Shown piece after piece: positions 58,172-64,000 of a stretch of 64,000 nucleotides of DNA. A model generated the notes under the pieces. That model did not search any database. It was not told where the DNA came from and saw only the letters and a list, made by a program, of their open reading frames with translations. Positions within the stretch are counted from its first letter, which is position 1; every line of letters begins with the position of its first letter. The stretch comes from an uncultured Gemmatimonadaceae bacterium (GTDB lineage: Bacteria; Gemmatimonadota; Gemmatimonadetes; Gemmatimonadales; GWC2-71-9): the NCBI GenBank assembly GCA_964348295.1, contig CAYGBV010000002.1:4775-68774 (forward strand). The letters are read 5' to 3'. The translations under genes and the position numbers were made by a program.

Positions 58172-59857
58172 CTACTGAATCCTGTTCGCCCGCTGGTCAA
58201 CTCCGCCCTGGTGCAAGATCAGCGCGGTGACGTTCCCCTGCTCGTCCTTCACGAACGTCAGTTGCGCATCCACCACCTTGTAGAAGAACTCCGTCTCCGA
58301 CTGCGGAAAGACCTGAAAGCGAGCCTGCCCAGTGAGCTGGGCCATGAGCTTGCCGTCCTCAGTGGTGACGTCGAGCACCACTCCCGGCGCGAACTGGTAT
58401 CGCCCGACGTAGCTCTCCAGGATCTCCGGATCGACGGGCACCTCCGCCCTCACCGTCGGTTCCTCGTCCGGACCCAGCTTGCGAGCCGTGCGATCGGTGC
58501 CGCCCTGGTGTACCACCAGGGAAGTCACTTCATCCTGCTCGTCCTTCACGAACGTGACCTGTGCATCGACCACCGTGAGGAAGAACTCACTCTCCGAGGC
58601 AGCGTAGAGCGGGAACCTCGACTGCCCAGTTACCTGCATCGTCAGTTGACCGTTCTCCACAGCGACGTCGATGATGACCTCGGGCTGGAGCTGATACCTC
58701 CCCACGTAGCTCTCGAGCAGCGCCGGATCTACGTCCACGGCCACCTGGATCTCGCGCAGAGGCAGGCTGGGGTCCAGCATGTGGAAGCCAATGTCGTCGG
58801 CGCTCGTGGACGTGTTGCTCAGAACGACCACGCCGGTCTGTCCTCCTCGAACGAAGCCGGCAAAGCTCCGGTACCCTCCCGTCCCGCCGTTGTGCCAGAT
58901 GATCTCGCGCTCTCCACTGAGGCGGATGTGCCACCCGAGCCCGATGCGCATGCTCGGCGACCCGGCTTCTTCACGGGACTCGTGCGAGGTCTCCATCGCC
59001 CCAAGCAACCGGCTCTCCGTCAGGCCCATGTTGGCCGAAAGGAACAGCAGCATGTCGTGCGCCGTGGATCGCAATGCGCCTGCCCCTGCAAGGGTCGGTA
59101 TGTCCCAATTGGGTACCTCGTTGGGGCCACGGTGCCCGACGGCCAGCCGGCTCTGCATCTCGGGCGTGAACGTCACCCTGGTAGCGGCCATCCCCAGCTC
59201 GTCCGCGATCCGCGCGGTGACCAACTCCTCGTAACTCCGGCCAGCTCGCAGTGCGAGAACGTGACCCAACAGGCCGCCGCCCAAGTTCGAGTACTCGTAC
59301 TCGGCCCCGATATCCCGGCGCAGCGTGTGACCCGACAGGAACTCGTACATCTGCTCCACCGAGTAGTCCGCGTACGGATTGCTGGGGTCGGCCGGATCCA
59401 TGTTGTCGGGCAGTCTCGGCAGGCCAGATCGATGTGTAGCGAGGTGAACCAGAGTGATCGACTGGCCACCCCGCGTCGGCACACGCACCGTGCTCGGGAG
59501 ATACAGCTCGATGGGATCTTCCAGGTGGACCTCACCCCGCTCGACCATGTCCGCGAGGAGTATCCCGGTGAAGGCCTTGGTGATGGACCCAATCTCAAAA
59601 ACGCTGTGCTCATCCGGCGTCGTACCGCCGGAGGCCGCGGTCTTCCCGTACCCGTAGTACCGTGTGCCGGCCGGGCTCACGACGCCCACCACGATGCCGA
59701 AGTTGTAGCCGTGATCCACCCGAGCCCGAACACTCTCCCTGACTTCCTCGGCAATGTCGGGTGCCTGAGCCCAGCCGACCTGCTGACTCGCAAGGAGACC
59801 CCCAACCGCAGCGGCAAACCACAGCGAACCGATCACTGACCTGAGAGCTCGTTTCAT
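58172..59857 (-). CDS. Serine hydrolase (class-C beta-lactamase family) with two tandem DUF3471-like C-terminal domains
   Basis: SxxK in GSITKAFTG and a signal peptide. Two units of about 85 aa (VDPALLESYVGRYQLQPEVIIDV...VVHQGG and VDPEILESYVGRYQFAPGVVLDV...ILHQGG). Confidence 0.8.
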   Translation of the reverse strand: MKRALRSVIGSLWFAAAVGGLLASQQVGWAQAPDIAEEVRESVRARVDHGYNFGIVVGVVSPAGTRYYGYGKTAASGGTTPDEHSVFEIGSITKAFTGILLADMVERGEVHLEDPIELYLPSTVRVPTRGGQSITLVHLATHRSGLPRLPDNMDPADPSNPYADYSVEQMYEFLSGHTLRRDIGAEYEYSNLGGGLLGHVLALRAGRSYEELVTARIADELGMAATRVTFTPEMQSRLAVGHRGPNEVPNWDIPTLAGAGALRSTAHDMLLFLSANMGLTESRLLGAMETSHESREEAGSPSMRIGLGWHIRLSGEREIIWHNGGTGGYRSFAGFVRGGQTGVVVLSNTSTSADDIGFHMLDPSLPLREIQVAVDVDPALLESYVGRYQLQPEVIIDVAVENGQLTMQVTGQSRFPLYAASESEFFLTVVDAQVTFVKDEQDEVTSLVVHQGGTDRTARKLGPDEEPTVRAEVPVDPEILESYVGRYQFAPGVVLDVTTEDGKLMAQLTGQARFQVFPQSETEFFYKVVDAQLTFVKDEQGNVTALILHQGGVDQRANRIQ

Positions 59858-59942
59858 GCCCACCTCCACACTGCGTCAACACCGTTAGAGAGAGGATATT
59901 CCATCCAGTTGCGTTTCGCGTGACCCGCAACGCGAAGCGCCC

Positions 59943-61013
59943 TCACGCCTGCAACAGATCCTCCAGCTCGAGCGACTCTGCATACGCAAACAACGCAGGG
60001 ATGCCCCCGGTGTGGATGAAGACCACCGTCCGACCCGAGTCGATCAAGCCTCGCCGGACATGATCGATCAGACCGGCCATGGCCTTCGACGTGTACACGG
60101 GGTCGAGGAGCAGTCCCTCGCACCTCCCGACGACTCGCATCGCCTGTCTGGCCTCATCAGTCACCGCGCCATACCCGGGCCCGACGTAATCCACGATGCT
60201 CGTGATGTCTCCCGGGTCGAGTCTGCTGGGTAGGCCCAGGATCTCGGCGCACTCGTTCCCGTGGGAGGAGATGCACTCGGGGAACGTCCAGTCCGGCAAG
60301 ATCGGGCTGGGGAGCGCCGGAAGGCCGACTATGCGAACTGGCGATTCCACGTACTTCGCGGCGATGGCGATACCGGCCTGCGTGGCGTCCGACGAGCTCA
60401 CCCAGATCTCGTCGATCGTCAGGTCCAGAGCCTCCGCTTGCTCGATGAGCTCCACGAATGCGTGCGCATAGGCGCATGCGTAGAGCCCGAGGTGAGATTC
60501 GTCTCCAGCGCGGCCAATGTAGACTTTCCGACCCTGTGCCGTCAGTTCTCGTCCGCGTTGTCGGATGAGCTCACCGTGGGCTACCCAGTCCACCCCTTCG
60601 ATGATCTCTACCTTCGCGCCGACCAGGAGATCGAGCAGAATGCCACCCTGAATCTCGTCGTCCTTGGCGCCCCGGACCTTCCGCAGGATCAGGTGGCAAT
60701 CCAGACCCAGCTTCGCACACGCGGCCGCGAGCTGGCGGCAGTAGTTCGACTGGACGGCCGCGCCGCCCACCACCGTGTTCGCCCCGCTCTCGACGGCCTC
60801 GGCCAGGACGTACTCGAACATCCGGGTCTTGTTTCCGCCCGTGGCCAGGCCCGTGAGATCGTCCCGCTTGACCCAGATGTCGGGGCCACCGAGCTCGCGC
60901 GTCAAGCCGGCACAGAATTCGAGAGGTGTTGGCAACGTGGCGAGCGAGACGCGCGGCCGCGCCTCGAGCGCCTGCTTCAACGTGGCCACCCGATGCTCAC
61001 TTGCATTCTTCAT
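59943..61013 (-). CDS. PLP-dependent enzyme, ACC deaminase / D-cysteine desulfhydrase family
   Basis: ATG 61013 with GGGAG upstream. TPLEFCAGLTRELGGPDIWVKRDDLTGLATGGNKTRMFEYVL. Confidence 0.75.
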   Translation of the reverse strand: MKNASEHRVATLKQALEARPRVSLATLPTPLEFCAGLTRELGGPDIWVKRDDLTGLATGGNKTRMFEYVLAEAVESGANTVVGGAAVQSNYCRQLAAACAKLGLDCHLILRKVRGAKDDEIQGGILLDLLVGAKVEIIEGVDWVAHGELIRQRGRELTAQGRKVYIGRAGDESHLGLYACAYAHAFVELIEQAEALDLTIDEIWVSSSDATQAGIAIAAKYVESPVRIVGLPALPSPILPDWTFPECISSHGNECAEILGLPSRLDPGDITSIVDYVGPGYGAVTDEARQAMRVVGRCEGLLLDPVYTSKAMAGLIDHVRRGLIDSGRTVVFIHTGGIPALFAYAESLELEDLLQA

Positions 61014-61207
61014 AGCTGGCTCCCGCAGCGAACGCCCGCCCGTGCGACCCGACCCATGAACGCTTCTGGCACCGACGCACGCGAGGACCTGCCCTCGTGA
61101 ACGCCGACCCCGGAACCGACCACCGAGTAGAATACGGTGCACCCCTCGGCGCAGCCACCTCTCCGACCGCTCCTGAACCAGCCTTTGATACTCCTCCAGG
61201 GAGTCGC

Positions 61208-61235
61208 TTGACATCGCCAGACCGCAGGTTAAAAT
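61208..61235 (+). promoter_or_regulatory. Sigma-70-like promoter for the TetR gene
   Basis: TTGACA (61208-61213), a 16-nt spacer, then TAAAAT (61230-61235), 41 nt before the ATG. Confidence 0.45.
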
Positions 61236-61253
61236 TTTGAACGGTCATTCAAA
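61236..61253. promoter_or_regulatory. Palindromic operator TTTGAA-CGGTCA-TTCAAA
   Basis: Perfect 6-bp arms immediately downstream of the -10 element. This is the classic position for TetR autorepression. Confidence 0.45.
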
Positions 61254-61276
61254 TTGGGCACGGCGGAGGCGGACCC

Positions 61277-61891
61277 ATGTCCGACGGCCGCGAACCGACC
61301 ACACTCTCACCACACGTCCGCGAGAAGCGGAAGCGCCGGCGCGCGGAGATTCTCCACGCCGCGCTGCGTGCGTTCCGCGAGAACGGTTATCACACCACGA
61401 CGCTCGACGACATCGCCGAGCACCTCGGTGTCCGCAAGACCGCGCTGTACCACTACTTCCCCGACAAGGAAGCGATTCTCTACGAGTGTCATCAGGAGTC
61501 ACTCGGCGAGATCGATCGCATGATGAAGAACGCTCGCAAGCTGGACACGGCGGGCGAGCAGCTCGCCTACGTCATCCGCGAGCATGTCCGCATCATGACC
61601 GACACGCTGGAGGGCTCCCCCCTGGCGTTCGAGGTCACGGCGCTCTCGGCTGAGCGGCAGCGGGAGATCATCGCCGCCCGCGACCGGTACGAGCGCGAGC
61701 TGCGCAGAATCATCGACCGCGGGATCAAGGACGGAGAGTTCCGTCAGGTGGACTCGAAGATCGCGGTCTTCGCCATTCTAGGCGCCATCAACTGGATCGC
61801 GCGCTGGTACCGCCCCGAAGGAGCGATCCATGCACCCGAGCTTGGGGAAGAGTTCGCGGGCCACCTGGTGGGAGGCCTGACGTGCAGGTAG
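61277..61891 (+). CDS. TetR/AcrR family transcriptional regulator
   Basis: RRRAEILHAALRAFRENGYHTTTLDDIAEHLGVRKTALYHYFPDKEAIL is a TetR HTH. Confidence 0.9.
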   Translation: MSDGREPTTLSPHVREKRKRRRAEILHAALRAFRENGYHTTTLDDIAEHLGVRKTALYHYFPDKEAILYECHQESLGEIDRMMKNARKLDTAGEQLAYVIREHVRIMTDTLEGSPLAFEVTALSAERQREIIAARDRYERELRRIIDRGIKDGEFRQVDSKIAVFAILGAINWIARWYRPEGAIHAPELGEEFAGHLVGGLTCR

Positions 61892-61967
61892 CGACTCCTG
61901 AGGGTGGCGAGCGACCTCCGGTGCCGGTCGTTCGCTGCATCACCTCCAACGACGGCGAGGTAGCATC

Positions 61968-63023
61968 ATGAAGGCGATACAGCTCACATCGGTGGGAGCG
62001 CCCCTGGAGGTGCGGGACGTCTCCCGGCCCGAGCCGGAGGACGACCAGGTACTGGTCCAGGTCGCCGGCTGCGGCGTGTGCCACACGGATATCGGTTTCT
62101 GGAAGGACGGCGTGCCGACGAAGAAACCATTGCCCCTCACGCTGGGGCACGAGGTGAGCGGCACCGTCGTCGAGGCCGGCGCCGACTACCGCCACCTGCT
62201 GAATCACGAGGTCATCGTCCCGGCCGTGATCCCCTGCGGGACCTGCGACCTGTGCGCGCAGGGGCGCGGCAACGCGTGCCGTGCCCAGATGATGCCGGGC
62301 AACGACATCGACGGTGGGTTCGCCGAGTACGTCGCGGTGCCGGGTCGGGGCCTGTGTGAGGTCGAGGATCGGGCAGGCTACGACCTCCCCGAGCTCTCGG
62401 TCATCGCCGACGCCGTGACGACGCCCTACCAGGCCATCGTGCGGAGCTGCCTGAAGGCCGGTGATCTCGCCGTAGTCGTGGGAGTCGGCGGCGTGGGGAC
62501 CTACTGTGCGCAAATCGCGGCCGCACTCGGCGCCCACGTCATCGCCGTCGACGTGGACCAGGCGAAGCTCGACGCCATCGCCAAGCACGGCGCCGGGCTG
62601 ACCATCAATTCCAAAGAAACGGACTTCAAGAGCCTCAAGCAGCAGGTGAAGGCCCAAGCCAAGGAGTGGGGCTGCGCGTCACACGGCTGGAACATCTACG
62701 AATGCTCCGGTCAGCCGGGCGGCCAGGAGACCGCATACGGTCTGCTGACCCACGCCGGCACCCTGCTGGTAGTGGGGTTCACGCTGGCCAAGATCGAGCT
62801 GCGCCTCAGTAACCTCATGGCGTTCGACGCCACCGCCCAGGGTACCTGGGGTTGCCGGACCGAGCTCTATCCAGAGGCCCTGAAGCTCGTCACCGCAGGG
62901 AAGATCACACTGAAGCCGTTCATTCAGACATTTCCAATGAGCGAGGCGCCCGACGTCGTCCAGCAGGTCGCCGATCATCGGGTCGACAAACGAGCAATCC
63001 TGATGCCGGACTGGGCCTCCTGA
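61968..63023 (+). CDS. had: Zn-dependent alcohol dehydrogenase family, 6-hydroxycyclohex-1-ene-1-carbonyl-CoA dehydrogenase (Had)-like
   Basis: GCGVCHTDIGFWKDGVPTKKPLPLTLGHEVSG and the Rossmann motif VVGVGGVG. Assignment to Had rests on these motifs plus adjacency to the Oah/BamA-type gene. Confidence 0.6.
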   Translation: MKAIQLTSVGAPLEVRDVSRPEPEDDQVLVQVAGCGVCHTDIGFWKDGVPTKKPLPLTLGHEVSGTVVEAGADYRHLLNHEVIVPAVIPCGTCDLCAQGRGNACRAQMMPGNDIDGGFAEYVAVPGRGLCEVEDRAGYDLPELSVIADAVTTPYQAIVRSCLKAGDLAVVVGVGGVGTYCAQIAAALGAHVIAVDVDQAKLDAIAKHGAGLTINSKETDFKSLKQQVKAQAKEWGCASHGWNIYECSGQPGGQETAYGLLTHAGTLLVVGFTLAKIELRLSNLMAFDATAQGTWGCRTELYPEALKLVTAGKITLKPFIQTFPMSEAPDVVQQVADHRVDKRAILMPDWAS

Positions 63024-63067
63024 GGACGGTCCCGCGCCTCGAACCGGCACGTGGGGAGGTAGGTACG

Positions 63068-64000
63068 ATGCTGAAGAGCCACACACTCGTCGACGGAGTC
63101 AAGTACAAGCACATCCAGTACGAACTCCGCCCGGCAAAGGACGAGACCGGCAATCCAGTGGACGGTCTGCACAACGCTTGGATCAGCCTGGACAACCCCA
63201 AGCAGTTCAACAGTTATACCACTGAGGCGGTGAAGGACGTCATCATGGCGTTCCGCGAGGCGAGCATGGACCGCAGCGTGGTGGCCGTCGTGTTCACCGC
63301 TGTCGGAGATAAAGCGTTCTGCACCGGCGGCAACACGAAGGAATACGCCGAGTACTACGCGGGTAACCCGCAGGAGTACAAGCAGTACATGCGCCTGTTC
63401 AACGACATGATCGACGCGATCCTGCGGTGCGACAAGCCGGTGATCAACCGCGTGAACGGCATGCGCATCGCCGGCGGGCAGGAGATCGGCATGGCGTGCG
63501 ACTTCAGCATCGCAGCCGACACCGCGCGGTTCGGCCAGGCAGGCCCCAAGCATGGCTCGGCGCCCGACGGCGGGTCCACCGACTTCCTCCCGCTCTACGT
63601 CGGTTTCTCACGCGCGATGGAGAGCGGCATCCTGTGCGAGACGTGGAGCGCGCACAAGGCCCTGTTCATCGGGCTCATCAACCAAATCGTGCCCGTGCTC
63701 AAGGTGGACGGTAAGTGGATCCCCAACCCCATGGTGATCACCGACCGGTTCGCGGACGAGTTCGGCAACATCGTATACGGCGACTTCAAGGTGGGGGACG
63801 AGCGGAATGCGGCCAAGGAGGTCCTAGCCACGGCCGAGACCGACCTCTGCCTACTCGACGAGGCCGTGGAGAAGCTGTGCACCAAGATCCTGATGCTGAT
63901 GCCGGATTGCGTCTCCAAGACGGTGAACGGCCTCCGCAAGCACAAGCAGTGGCACTGGGACAACACCAACGTGACCAACCGCGAGTGGCTGGCCCTGAAC
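63068..64000 (+). CDS. oah: 6-oxocyclohex-1-ene-1-carbonyl-CoA hydrolase (Oah/BamA-type, crotonase superfamily); 3' end runs off the window
   Basis: Absent from the ORF track. ATG 63068 follows GGGGAGG, and my translation stays open for 311 codons to the edge. It reads MLKSHTLVDGVKYKHIQYELRP...NAWISLDNPKQFNSYTTEAVKDVIMAFREAS...VVAVVFTAVGDKAFCTGGNTKEYAEYYAGNPQEYKQYMRLFNDM...VNGMRIAGGQEIGMACDFSIA...FGQAGPKHGSAPDGGSTDFLP. This matches my memory of the highly conserved BamA/Oah core. Confidence 0.8.
   Translation, partial: MLKSHTLVDGVKYKHIQYELRPAKDETGNPVDGLHNAWISLDNPKQFNSYTTEAVKDVIMAFREASMDRSVVAVVFTAVGDKAFCTGGNTKEYAEYYAGNPQEYKQYMRLFNDMIDAILRCDKPVINRVNGMRIAGGQEIGMACDFSIAADTARFGQAGPKHGSAPDGGSTDFLPLYVGFSRAMESGILCETWSAHKALFIGLINQIVPVLKVDGKWIPNPMVITDRFADEFGNIVYGDFKVGDERNAAKEVLATAETDLCLLDEAVEKLCTKILMLMPDCVSKTVNGLRKHKQWHWDNTNVTNREWLALN

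Overview
High-GC (about two-thirds G+C by eye) bacterial chromosomal segment, densely coding. I call 53 CDS, 42 of them on the minus strand. I saw no rRNA, tRNA, CRISPR array, transposase or integrase. The gene content (many secreted peptidases, three Ser/Thr kinases, DUF5916, DUF4097, DUF362 and DUF2807 proteins, a LolA-like plus FtsX ABC system) fits a Gemmatimonadota- or Acidobacteriota-like diderm, but that lineage guess is inference only. Most long plus-strand ORFs in the supplied track are antisense shadows of real minus-strand genes. The track also omits both genes that run off the window edges: a molybdopterin oxidoreductase at 1..2633 (-) and a BamA/Oah-type ring hydrolase at 63068..64000 (+). 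Recognisable content:
- A BlaI / BlaR1(M56)-HEAT / HEAT / outer-membrane barrel operon.
- Peptidases: tricorn-like protease, S46, M61, and an M20 amidohydrolase.
- Two class-C-like serine hydrolases.
- A GntR-SPFH-FabH-hydrolase-MBL string.
- A collagen-like multihaem cytochrome lipoprotein.
- A Trx-VKOR fusion.
- icd.
- A GbsR-ABC-FtsX-FtsX-LolA-like operon.
- nadA-nadC followed by an MIO-family ammonia-lyase.
- A TetR-had-oah (benzoyl-CoA lower pathway) module.

I found no obvious defence island or mobile element. The observations I rate highest:
- The M56 signal transducer carries a HEAT-repeat sensor, and that sensor module is tandemly duplicated as a separate gene.
- The ammonia-lyase has Ala-Cys-Gly in place of the canonical Ala-Ser-Gly MIO triad, and it sits where nadB would be expected.
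- A four-Cys insertion lies next to the phospho-loop of isocitrate dehydrogenase.
- One Ser/Thr kinase gene is frame-broken.
- Two very Arg-rich micro-ORFs are present.

All family assignments come from motif recognition by eye, not from database searches.
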